Below are positions 1 through 7,673 of a stretch of DNA of 20,000 nucleotides, one piece after another (position 1 is the stretch's first letter; every line of letters begins with the position of its first letter). This DNA is from an uncultured virus (IMG/VR IMGVR_UViG_3300012259_000001). Its lineage: Duplodnaviria; Heunggongvirae; Uroviricota; Caudoviricetes. The stretch spans positions 108,177-128,176 of the IMG/VR virus record IMGVR_UViG_3300012259_000001. The stretch is one strand, 5' to 3'. The translations under genes were made by a program, and so were the position numbers. The notes under the pieces were generated by a model. That model saw only the letters and a list, made by a program, of their open reading frames with translations, made no database searches and was not told where the DNA came from.

Positions 1-412
1 CCGTGAACGTGGTGTGGCGAGGAATCACCAACTTCCGGGTGTTGGTCAATTCGGTCTGAATAGCCTTGGCTTTTACTTCTTCAAGGCTCAGCAGCATCAC
101 CATGGTGGTGGACGACGGATTACCAAAACGACCCAAGAAATCCTTGTCCGACATGTGCATGTAGATTTCGTCTTCATCTTGTGCCATCACCCCGTATTGT
201 TTACGGCTGTAATCGGCAAAGCAAGACATCGCAGCTGATGCGTTGACCGCACTGGCTTCCAAGAGGAACATGAACGGGTTGGTGGGATCAACAATCAGGC
301 GAGTGCCCGTATTGACTTCTTCCAACACATCCAGTGCCACTTGGCAGATGGCTGAAGGATTGAATCGAACCAAGTCGATCTGGGCCTTCATCTCTTCAAT
401 GGACAGTGGCAT
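1..412 (-). CDS. Virion structural protein, phiKZ gp87-like (putative baseplate component); N-terminal part only, runs off the window
   Basis: Not in the ORF track. Hand translation from ATG at 412 (SD AAGGGGG upstream) is open to base 1: MPLSIEEMKAQIDLVRFNPSAICQVALDVLEE...IVDPTNPFMFLLEASA...SRKQYGVMAQDEDEIYMHMSDKDFLGRFGNPS...KLVIPRHTTFT. The DPTNPF..LLE and YxHMSD motifs are recalled from phiKZ-like structural proteins; synteny agrees. Confidence 0.7.
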   Translation of the reverse strand, partial: MPLSIEEMKAQIDLVRFNPSAICQVALDVLEEVNTGTRLIVDPTNPFMFLLEASAVNASAAMSCFADYSRKQYGVMAQDEDEIYMHMSDKDFLGRFGNPSSTTMVMLLSLEEVKAKAIQTELTNTRKLVIPRHTTFT

Positions 413-426
413 TGTAGCCCCCTTAA

Positions 427-828
427 TCAATTAATGTGTTCAGGCAACTCGACGTATAGACCAAACTTACACGCCACCAACAGCTGAGCTACCGCAGTTC
501 CTAAATTTTCCCTGGTGTGGGCAAACCCACTTTTACTGACCCGCGCAGAACCACACTCCCATTTCACACCCACCCGATGCTCAATCATCAGTTGGAGGAT
601 GATGGACTTAAGACGTTGTGGCGCCCACTGAACATAATGGTTGAAGTGATGGGGTTCGGTGCACTCGTCCTCATCCGGATCGGGTTCGTCCATCGTCATG
701 TAGTTATCATCTTCGTGATAACGAATCTTTCCAACACCATACATCGGTTCGGTCCAATCCAACGCCATGGCAAGCGCATAATCGAGTTTCAGCCCGGTGA
801 GGTCCAGGGAACGGTGCTTACGGGTCAT
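427..828 (-). CDS. DUF2591/NinX-like phage protein
   Basis: 133 aa with SD GGAG. The N-terminal DLTGLKLDYALAMAL and C-terminal AVAQLLVACKFGLYVELPE match the recalled family pattern LxGxxLDxAVA...(K)xGxxVExP. Confidence 0.6.
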   Translation of the reverse strand: MTRKHRSLDLTGLKLDYALAMALDWTEPMYGVGKIRYHEDDNYMTMDEPDPDEDECTEPHHFNHYVQWAPQRLKSIILQLMIEHRVGVKWECGSARVSKSGFAHTRENLGTAVAQLLVACKFGLYVELPEHIN

Positions 829-846
829 AACGGTAACTCCAAAACG

Positions 847-1971
847 TTACATCTTTAAGGGGTCGATCTCAGAGTATTTGTCTGAGTTCAATGATTCAAC
901 ACCAAAACTGAATCGGTTTTCATATTCGGTGTACAACTCTTTCGGCACCCACCATTCCAACTCGTGGGTTTCTGGGTCAATGTAGGGATAACCCCGGTAG
1001 TTGAAATAGTCCAACTCGTCGGCAGAGACTTTGCGATAGTACCGTTCACGATCACTCGCTTTGCCTTTCATCTTACCGTTGAAGATAGCCACCACCGCAT
1101 TGAACTCGGAGATGATAATGGGGTCGTTGTAATCAGCCCCCATGGCTTTGAATCGAATGTTGAGCTGATCGTTGTCGCCGATGTACACCCCTTCGTTAGT
1201 GAAGTTAAAGGCATTACCCAATGGGCTGTTCAACGGAAACGCAGCGCCACAACACGCAATCTTTTGAACGTACTGTCGTTTGTAATCCAGAATCAAACGG
1301 TAAATCCGAGTCTGGTAATCAACGCGACGCTCCACAATGTTCTCAGGGTATGGAACCATTACGCCTTGGTAAACCGAGGACATATAGTGGAGCCATACGA
1401 AAAACAGCAATGATATAGGGTCGCCTTCAATATTCTTGAAGGTCGCGTTGAGTTCATACGTCTCAAAGAAACGCGAGTGGCCATCAACTATACTCCAAGC
1501 TTCTTGGAATAGACCCGGTGTAGAGGTGAAAGTCTCGACACCTACATCTGGCCAACCACTGAGGGAGATCAGATTGTTGCTAAGTAGCGGTATGAAAGCG
1601 CTGTCCTGATCAATCAGCGGACATGCCAACGGGACACCACTGCCACCTAGGGTGGGGTCATCGAACTTAGCCGGACTCCCAAGGTAAGGGTCTAGTATCA
1701 TGCGAATGGCTCGCTGTAACGTATTCACACCACCACCATTACCATCGAGTAGTGGGGTCAGGACACGGATCGGCGAGATGTTATCGTATGTTAGGTTGAG
1801 ATTAGGCCGCGTAAAAAAGGTCAGGCCTACATTGTCTTTGTTGTTCGGAACAGGGTTACCATACCCACGGTGGTTAATCCCATAAAGCGTGTTCAACGCC
1901 GCTTGGGAGATATCGCCTCGACCAACCGACCGTGAGATCTGTCCTAAGACATCCTTAATCGTTTTGCTCAT
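847..1971 (-). CDS. Virion structural protein, phiKZ gp88-like (tail/baseplate)
   Basis: Start moved from 1995 to ATG 1971 (MSKTIKD..., SD AAGGTG upstream). Motifs GLTFFTRPNLNL, FIPLLSNNLISLSGWPD and DYQTRIYRLILD are recalled from jumbo-phage structural proteins; position next to the gp87-like gene agrees. Confidence 0.65.
   Translation of the reverse strand: MSKTIKDVLGQISRSVGRGDISQAALNTLYGINHRGYGNPVPNNKDNVGLTFFTRPNLNLTYDNISPIRVLTPLLDGNGGGVNTLQRAIRMILDPYLGSPAKFDDPTLGGSGVPLACPLIDQDSAFIPLLSNNLISLSGWPDVGVETFTSTPGLFQEAWSIVDGHSRFFETYELNATFKNIEGDPISLLFFVWLHYMSSVYQGVMVPYPENIVERRVDYQTRIYRLILDYKRQYVQKIACCGAAFPLNSPLGNAFNFTNEGVYIGDNDQLNIRFKAMGADYNDPIIISEFNAVVAIFNGKMKGKASDRERYYRKVSADELDYFNYRGYPYIDPETHELEWWVPKELYTEYENRFSFGVESLNSDKYSEIDPLKM
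1781..1790 (+). promoter_or_regulatory. Candidate late promoter (TATNGTATG) for the plus-strand head genes, inside the antisense gene
   Basis: TTATCGTATG lies about 210 nt upstream of ATG 1998 and matches the motif at 4650, 7616 and 13741(-). phiKZ late promoters have a TATG core. Confidence 0.4.
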
Positions 1972-1977
1972 GAAACA

Positions 1978-1987
1978 CCTTCGAAGG
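1978..1987. promoter_or_regulatory. Palindrome CCTTCGAAGG supplying Shine-Dalgarno cores to both divergent genes
   Basis: Perfect 10-bp palindrome in the 26-bp gap between ATG 1971(-) and ATG 1998(+). It reads AAGGA on the plus strand and AAGGTG on the minus strand. Confidence 0.65.
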
Positions 1988-1997
1988 ATTTTCAACT

Positions 1998-3155
1998 ATG
2001 ATGAATGACGTCGTCACCGGTCTTGCGCTGGCCGGTAAACTGACGGAGGTTATGCGTAACAGCACCTCCGATTCGCTGATCGAGTACACCAAGCCCACCC
2101 GCGTTGAACCGCTGGTGCTGATGGATGCTCGGGTTACCAAACTGGATGTCGCCCCAGATATCATGCAATCGCTGACGTCACTGTTCAGTGGTTATTACCT
2201 GCAGGCTGTGGCCCTGTCGGTGAACGTGGGTCGGGTAGATGTCGTCAAACTGCTCGACAAGCTGAACCCTCAACGCAGCGTCAAAGACAACGTAGCCAAC
2301 GGCATCAGTGACGGTGTGTCCCTCGTCCTGGAAGACGCCCGTTCCTACAGCTTCCGTCTCCCGGTTCCGGGCAAGCCTACTGGGCTGGAAAAGCTCGGCA
2401 TTTCCATGGAAGCGGCTTCGGTGCGTGACATGGTGCGAAGTGCTGGTGCCGGTGAAGAAGTACCTGGTGGTGAAGAAACCATGGGTCTTGGTCGCGATAC
2501 AGTTGCCTCGCTCCAAGACCTCACCAACCTGTCGGTCGGTAAGATGCTCGAAGTCCACATCGAGTCCGATGGCCAAAGAGCCACCTTCCCGATCAACGTC
2601 CGCCTGATTTGCACCGGCATTGGTTCCAGTGAACTGGTTCATATCTTATCGGTCGGCAGCAAGAAAATCAGTGTCAAAGAGCGCTTCCATGCGTGGCGTG
2701 CAGGCCAACTCGAGTTCATTCGTGACCTCGTGATGTGTCAAGACCTGATCGATGCTCACAAGAAGACCCTGGTCAAAGACAACTCGGGTCTGTACGAGGA
2801 GATCCGCAAGCGTCGCCGTGGCAACAGCATTTCGGCAATCTTCTCGGGTCAGCCGTCGGTGGCCACTGCCTCGAACCTGATCGTGATCAGTGCACCTACC
2901 GCTACTGAACTACAACGACGTATCGGTGGTCGTCTGAGAGACGTTAAGACTCGCGACAAAATCTTCCGTGAAACCTACTGTATGATCCTCTGTGTGGTGG
3001 ACCCGGATTATGAGATGGTCACGTTCTTCCATCGTGGTATCGCCATTCCTACCGAACTGTCGTTTAAGGAGCTGAAAATCTCCAACGGTAAGAAAGGTCC
3101 TGATGTGGCCGAGATCATGAAGGCCTACCAGATGGGCGCCAACCCCACGATTTGA
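1998..3155 (+). CDS. Head/inner-body protein, phiKZ gp89-like
   Basis: 385 aa with strong codon bias. Motifs SLIEYTKPTRVEP, YYLQAVAL, NLSVGKMLEV and WRAGQLEFIRDL. GLE and ISME (res 135-138) fit the S/A/G-X-E prohead protease consensus. Synteny agrees. Confidence 0.7.
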   Translation: MMNDVVTGLALAGKLTEVMRNSTSDSLIEYTKPTRVEPLVLMDARVTKLDVAPDIMQSLTSLFSGYYLQAVALSVNVGRVDVVKLLDKLNPQRSVKDNVANGISDGVSLVLEDARSYSFRLPVPGKPTGLEKLGISMEAASVRDMVRSAGAGEEVPGGEETMGLGRDTVASLQDLTNLSVGKMLEVHIESDGQRATFPINVRLICTGIGSSELVHILSVGSKKISVKERFHAWRAGQLEFIRDLVMCQDLIDAHKKTLVKDNSGLYEEIRKRRRGNSISAIFSGQPSVATASNLIVISAPTATELQRRIGGRLRDVKTRDKIFRETYCMILCVVDPDYEMVTFFHRGIAIPTELSFKELKISNGKKGPDVAEIMKAYQMGANPTI

Positions 3156-3167
3156 CCGGAGTCAACC

Positions 3168-4067
3168 ATGAAGATCCAAAAGTTCCTTTCTCTGATGCTC
3201 CCGACGTTCGAGCGCAGCCGTTTGACCGAGGAACTCTCGGTTCTGCGCGCAGAGGTCGACGAGATCACCCTGCCTCCGTATCTCTCGGTTAAAGAGCATT
3301 ACGGTCGCAGTAAGCTCCATGCCAAGCAGTGCCAGAACTACGATCGTGAGTTCGCCAAAAAGATCTCCCCCAAGCTGGCCAACGTCAACTACCTGTATGC
3401 GGTGTGCACGGTGTTGGAAGGTCTGGGTGAGCGTCTGGACACTATCGAGAAGATGGTGAACAAGGCTTTCGCACAAGACGTAGGCTCCAGCGCCATCAGC
3501 TTCACGCGTGCCAACCTGATTCAGTACCTCGAGGTGGCTTCCTTTGCTTCGCGTTACGCTCGCCGTCTGCTCCTCTGGTCGTTGAGCGAAGAACAGGCTG
3601 AAGGCAAAACTGGCTTCACGTTGCCGAAGGCTATGTCCAAAGCCGAAGAGCGTTGGGTGTGGGATAACCGCGACAACTTCGCTCAAGCTTGCCGCATCCT
3701 CTACATCCCGGCGCGTCAGTTGGAATCGAGCTTTGCTGCGATCCCGGACATGACCGTCACTGCTGACGAAGTCCCCATGGTTGAACAAACCCTGGGTGCG
3801 ACCAAGACCGACCCGCTCGGCTTTGGCTTGATCCCGGTTCGTCTGAACCCGATCTACTACGTCCGCATGGCTGTGGCTGAGTGGCAAGTCAATCGCTACA
3901 AGGCGGCGTTGGAAGAGAAACGTGCACTCGAATACCGACTGCTCGCTCTCAAAGAAGAACGTGAACCGGATGCTCGGCTCCAGCAGGAAATTGCCTACAC
4001 CGAAGGGCGTCTGCAAAAGCTGAACAAGAAGGTGATGGACATGGAGAGCGACTACTATGACAATTAA
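3168..4067 (+). CDS. Head/inner-body protein, phiKZ gp90-like
   Basis: 299 aa with SD GGAG. Contains NPIYYVRM followed by a C-terminal coiled coil; follows the gp89-like gene. Confidence 0.65.
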   Translation: MKIQKFLSLMLPTFERSRLTEELSVLRAEVDEITLPPYLSVKEHYGRSKLHAKQCQNYDREFAKKISPKLANVNYLYAVCTVLEGLGERLDTIEKMVNKAFAQDVGSSAISFTRANLIQYLEVASFASRYARRLLLWSLSEEQAEGKTGFTLPKAMSKAEERWVWDNRDNFAQACRILYIPARQLESSFAAIPDMTVTADEVPMVEQTLGATKTDPLGFGLIPVRLNPIYYVRMAVAEWQVNRYKAALEEKRALEYRLLALKEEREPDARLQQEIAYTEGRLQKLNKKVMDMESDYYDN

Positions 4068-4629
4068 GTTGTCGGGCGCTCTTTACCCACGTGGCTTTCT
4101 CGTGGCTAATGGTGCAGGTGGTGTTGTCACCACACCCGGCAGCCGTGACGTAGATCGCGTGATGGACCTCACCCTCACCGGGCGTGCCAACACCCAAGGG
4201 TTTTCCTTCTATCGGGAAGTCTTCCCAATAGCTATGGAGTTCTTTGGTAATTTCTCCCAGTTCCTCCACACTCAGAAAAATAACCCGTTCCTCTACGGTT
4301 ATAACTATGAGTTTCTGCTGGATACGCTGAAGTTCATCCAGACTGGATGCCGCAAGGTCTCCATTCACAACTGGAAGCCTTTGCTGGCTGAATGGGCCGA
4401 ACCCCGTTCTGAGCACAAGCAGCGCGCTAGTAGTGGCCAGCTGGGTGATGTCTTTAAACCATTCATGGGTCGCCCAGGAGCCGAGGTCGTTGCCCTCTGG
4501 TGTTCCCACCCGAATGGTTTTGAAGATATGGTTATGACGATCTGGTTGATGTTTGGCTCTTCTTTTGAGCAAGACACCACGGAATCGACAGCCAATCGGA
4601 TCAAAAAGCTCAACCAGCTTTTCGCTTAA
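4057..4629 (+). CDS. Conserved jumbo-phage protein in the head cluster (phiKZ gp91-position)
   Basis: 190 aa, overlaps the upstream stop, SD GGAG. Motifs LYPRGF, YNYEFLLDTLKFI and WCSHPNGFEDM. Confidence 0.6.
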   Translation: MTIKLSGALYPRGFLVANGAGGVVTTPGSRDVDRVMDLTLTGRANTQGFSFYREVFPIAMEFFGNFSQFLHTQKNNPFLYGYNYEFLLDTLKFIQTGCRKVSIHNWKPLLAEWAEPRSEHKQRASSGQLGDVFKPFMGRPGAEVVALWCSHPNGFEDMVMTIWLMFGSSFEQDTTESTANRIKKLNQLFA

Positions 4630-4649
4630 ACATTTTTCGCACAATCAGT

Positions 4650-4659
4650 GTATTGTATG
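4650..4659 (+). promoter_or_regulatory. Candidate late promoter GTATTGTATG
   Basis: Intergenic, 56 nt before the internal head protein ATG. TATG core as in phiKZ late promoters; motif recurs before other structural genes. Confidence 0.55.
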
Positions 4660-4715
4660 CACAAGTGCGCAAAACCTAGTCGCATGACTATCCTTAACGT
4701 TACGGAGTTTTACTC

Positions 4716-6005
4716 ATGAGTCTGAAGCAACTGTTCATCTCCATGGAAGATGAAGCCACCAACGAAACCGAGCTGGTCGTTTCTGCCGACGATACCCTCG
4801 AAATCGAAATCGCTGACGCTGCCGAAGCTGAAGGCGAAGTCGAAGAGCAAGGCGACAACGTCGAAGAGCTGGGCGAAATCTCTGAAGGTCTGGAAAGCAT
4901 CCTGATCTCCATGGAAAGCGCCATGCAAGACGGCGGCCTGAACCCGCAAGCAGCCCTGTTCATGCAGCACGCTGTTCAAGCTCACGTTGGTCGTCTGGGC
5001 CTCGAAGCCTCCGACGTTACCCCGTCGATGGAATCCTTCGGCGGTGCCTCCGGTCAAGCTGCTGCCACCACCATCTCCATGGAAGGCATCGGCGAAACCC
5101 TGAAGAAAATCTGGCTGGCCATCAAGAACGCCGTCTCCAAGGCAATCCAGGCCATCAAGAACTTCTTCGCCAAGATCTTCGGTGGCGTCTCCAAGCTGAA
5201 GACTCGCTCCGACGCTCTGAAGAAGGCCGTCAGCGATCTGACCGAAGAGAAAGGCGACAAGATCAAGGTCCCGAACGCCAACACCCTGCGCTACAAGGGC
5301 AAAGCTGACATCAGTTCCGTGATCGCCGGTCTGGAAGCCACTCACAAAATCGCCGGCGAGCACATGGAGAACCTCTCCAAGTCCGCTGCTGAGTTCTACG
5401 CCGTCCGCGTACCGCGTCTGCTTGAGCGTGCCGAGACCAACGATTTCGCCAAGGCCGCTCTGGAAAACGAATTGCTGGACGCCAGCAAGCAGTTCACCGA
5501 CGTTGCTCAGAAGACCGTCAGCGTAACTTCTCCGATGTCCGGCGACGCCGTAATGCGCATGGAAGAATCTTCCAGCGTTGAAAAAGGCACCGACGGCAAC
5601 CTGAAGGCTCCGAAGCTGGTCAAAGGCTACGCGTTCAAGGCCCTGGACGATTCGGGTACCGAAGTAGCTGCTCCTTCGAAGGCTGAAATGCAGAAGATTC
5701 TTGGCGCTTGCGACAAGATGATCGCTCAGCTGGAAGAGAAGAAGAAGTCCCTCGAGAAGCTGACCGAAGCTCGCGAAAAAGCGATGAAGGAAAGCGAGAA
5801 GAAGGTCGAAGGCTGGACCAAGAAGATCAAGGAAAGCGCCAAGCAAGCCGGTGCCTCCATGATCATGCGTAAGGCCAACCTCGACCTCGGTCGTGGCGTC
5901 AACGCGATCTACTCCCACGAGTTCAACGTCGTTCGCGCGGCTCTGGCTCTGGTTGATCGCGGCGTTGCAGCTCACAAGGCTGGCCCGGCTAAAGAGAAGA
6001 AGTAA
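4716..6005 (+). CDS. PhiKZ-like internal head (ejection) protein, gp93/SPN3US gp53-54 family, with cleaved propeptide
   Basis: 429 aa. Very acidic N-terminal 123 aa with SME at 9-11, 65-67, 104-106 and 121-123 plus two GLE. This is followed by the amphipathic basic helix GIGETLKKIWLAIKNAVSKAIQAIKNFFAKIF typical of the PhiKZ_IP family. Extreme codon bias suggests a high-copy protein. Confidence 0.85.
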   Translation: MSLKQLFISMEDEATNETELVVSADDTLEIEIADAAEAEGEVEEQGDNVEELGEISEGLESILISMESAMQDGGLNPQAALFMQHAVQAHVGRLGLEASDVTPSMESFGGASGQAAATTISMEGIGETLKKIWLAIKNAVSKAIQAIKNFFAKIFGGVSKLKTRSDALKKAVSDLTEEKGDKIKVPNANTLRYKGKADISSVIAGLEATHKIAGEHMENLSKSAAEFYAVRVPRLLERAETNDFAKAALENELLDASKQFTDVAQKTVSVTSPMSGDAVMRMEESSSVEKGTDGNLKAPKLVKGYAFKALDDSGTEVAAPSKAEMQKILGACDKMIAQLEEKKKSLEKLTEAREKAMKESEKKVEGWTKKIKESAKQAGASMIMRKANLDLGRGVNAIYSHEFNVVRAALALVDRGVAAHKAGPAKEKK

Positions 6006-6028
6006 TTCTCTCTGAAACCTGGTGTCTG

Positions 6029-6063
6029 TAAAAGCCCATCCTTCGGGATGGGCTTTTATGCCG
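6029..6063 (+). terminator. Terminator hairpin with UUCG loop followed by TATGCCG
   Basis: TAAAAGCCCATCC-TTCG-GGATGGGCTTTTA, a 13-bp perfect stem just after the head protein stop. Confidence 0.85.
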
Positions 6064-6099
6064 CCTATACCCAAAGACGAAATAAAAAAATCTCAAGTC

Positions 6100-6115
6100 T
6101 ATATTACTCAGGTGA
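6100..6115 (+). promoter_or_regulatory. phiKZ-type early promoter (TATATTAC)
   Basis: Exact TATATTAC at 6100-6107, preceded by an A-tract and followed by TCAG-GTGA, about 60 nt before ATG 6166. TATATTAC is the published phiKZ early (virion RNAP) consensus. Confidence 0.75.
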
Positions 6116-6165
6116 ATAGGATACAATAACGTATCCACTATCCCCGTAATCTCAGGAGATTCACC

Positions 6166-7068
6166 ATGAAAGTTAACAACATCAATGTGATCAAAGCCGT
6201 CGTTCAACTGATGGACAAAGGCGGTCGCCTCGCTGACGAACTCTACGCCGGCATGGCCACTGACAAGGAAGAGCGTATCTTCCTGATAAGCGATTACAAC
6301 TACCCGGTCAACATCACAGTGGACGATAAAGGCGAAATCACTTTCACCAGTGAACGCTTGAAGGGGGCTGTGAAATTCGAGCCGGGTCACGACCTTCCGG
6401 TCAAGGACGCATTCGCCATCTACTGCGAGAAGATGGGTCTGATCAATCCACTGTTCTTCCATTGCAGCATGATGGAAAAGGCGATCGTCATGGCCAGCTT
6501 CAACAACATGATCCGTCAGTACGACGCCAAAGGCGGTAACGTCTCTGGTGAAGAACTGATCAGCAGTGCTCTGGCTGCCACTATGTCCAACTTCGATCAG
6601 GCCATCAAGCAGGTTGATCCTGACATGGTGTCTGATGAAGACAGTTTGGTTCAGGCTATGATCGCCGCCGGGATGACTCCGGTTCGTGAGCAACAGGCCC
6701 CAATCCCAACCGAAACCGTTACAGCTCAGCCAACAGATTTGGAGAACACCGTGAAAAAGATCGAAGCACTTCCCGTTAAACAAACCCAACCAGTTCAAGC
6801 AGAAAACCACTACGACCTCTTGGTAGGTGCTGCTGATACTGATCGCGCTGAAAAGCTGATCGACATTCTGAAAAACGGCGGCCAACTCAACAACCAAGAG
6901 CAAGAGCTTCTGGTCCAGTTGGAAAGCATCGTTGGTAAAACCAAAGCGCGCAAAGAGCGCTTGACTGAAACCCTGAATGACAAATCCACTATTGTGGCAA
7001 ACAGTGTGGGTCGGTTGTTGAAGAGCCACCTGGTTCCTTACGGGTTGCACAAGCGTCACCTGGCCTAA
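6166..7068 (+). CDS. Hypothetical early protein
   Basis: 300 aa, strong SD AGGAG, biased codons, own promoter and terminator. A Pro/Gln/Thr-rich linker separates two apparent domains. No family recognised. Confidence 0.8.
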   Translation: MKVNNINVIKAVVQLMDKGGRLADELYAGMATDKEERIFLISDYNYPVNITVDDKGEITFTSERLKGAVKFEPGHDLPVKDAFAIYCEKMGLINPLFFHCSMMEKAIVMASFNNMIRQYDAKGGNVSGEELISSALAATMSNFDQAIKQVDPDMVSDEDSLVQAMIAAGMTPVREQQAPIPTETVTAQPTDLENTVKKIEALPVKQTQPVQAENHYDLLVGAADTDRAEKLIDILKNGGQLNNQEQELLVQLESIVGKTKARKERLTETLNDKSTIVANSVGRLLKSHLVPYGLHKRHLA

Positions 7069-7080
7069 CGGCATAAAGTG

Positions 7081-7111
7081 AAAGAGGGGCCTTCGGGCCT
7101 CTTTTTTTTTT
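7081..7111 (+). terminator. Intrinsic terminator
   Basis: AAAGAGGGGCC-TTCG-GGCCTC followed by a 10-T run. CGGCATA (TATGCCG on the minus strand) sits just upstream at 7069-7075. Confidence 0.85.
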
Positions 7112-7162
7112 ACATTGTTTAGTGATACTATAGACAACCCACCACTAATGGAAGTAGTCGAT

Positions 7163-7579
7163 ATGAGTAATAAAACCCTTCACCGCCATCTGGTTATCTT
7201 TGGTGACCATAAAGAGTCCCTAGTAGTTGAAGCCGTAGATCAACCAGGACCAGGTAATGCTAACCATCACTACACCATCACTGGTTTTGATACTAAATCC
7301 AATCCCAGTAATAGTAACGCTGAAGGCTATGTTTCCAGTTTCAGTAGACTGCCAGTAATTTTCCAACACGGTACTGTACCAGAATGCGGTGAGAACGGCA
7401 TCACCATAGAAGCACTGTTGGCAATCTGCGAACACCGTTTGTCTGGTTTCCAGTCAGGACCATACTCCAACAACTATAATGCAGAAGCACTGCTACACGT
7501 GGGCAAAGCTTTGGATGCCCTTAAACAAAGGACCCTGGACCGACTGGTTCGACAAGTCGAAGGTCTCGAGAAAGCATAA
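7163..7579 (+). CDS. tad1: Tad1-family (Thoeris anti-defence 1) signal-sequestering sponge protein
   Basis: 138 aa from ATG 7163 (ATG 7148 is an alternative). Colinear with recalled Tad1 sequences: GPGNANHHYTI, IFQHG, NGITIEALLAICEHRLSGFQSGPY, NAEALLHVGKAL, RTLDRLVRQVEG. Confidence 0.85.
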   Translation: MSNKTLHRHLVIFGDHKESLVVEAVDQPGPGNANHHYTITGFDTKSNPSNSNAEGYVSSFSRLPVIFQHGTVPECGENGITIEALLAICEHRLSGFQSGPYSNNYNAEALLHVGKALDALKQRTLDRLVRQVEGLEKA

Positions 7580-7582
7580 GTA

Positions 7583-7614
7583 AGGAGGGGGGGTTAGCCC
7601 CTCCTCCTATGCCG
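7583..7614 (+). terminator. GC-rich hairpin without U-tract, followed by TATGCCG
   Basis: AGGAGGGG (7583-7590) pairs with CCCCTCCT (7598-7605); TATGCCG at 7608-7614, directly after the tad1 stop. Confidence 0.6.
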
Positions 7615-7615
7615 C

Positions 7616-7625
7616 GTATGGTATG
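7616..7625 (+). promoter_or_regulatory. Candidate late promoter GTATGGTATG
   Basis: Intergenic, 48 nt before ATG 7674. The identical 10-mer occurs on the minus strand at 13741-13750. Confidence 0.55.
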
Positions 7626-7673
7626 GCTTAGACTAAACGTGTGGTTGACACTACACAACCCAAGGAGTTAACC

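Noticed and set aside
14..434. Short plus-strand ORFs 14-238 and 243-434 (and minus ORFs 19560-19911)
   Set aside because: They are antisense to better-supported truncated genes at the window edges.
4737..5084. Repeated 12-mer ATCTCCATGGAA as a DNA repeat array or CRISPR-like feature
   Set aside because: Only three short in-frame copies, fully explained by the ISME peptide and preferred codons.
4710..6074. 454-aa antisense ORF mirroring the internal head protein (similar shadows at 3162-4016, 5989-7137, 13079-13723, 15658-16566)
   Set aside because: They lie antisense to strongly biased genes that avoid TTA/CTA/TCA codons, which removes antisense stops. They have no convincing SD or protein-like motifs.
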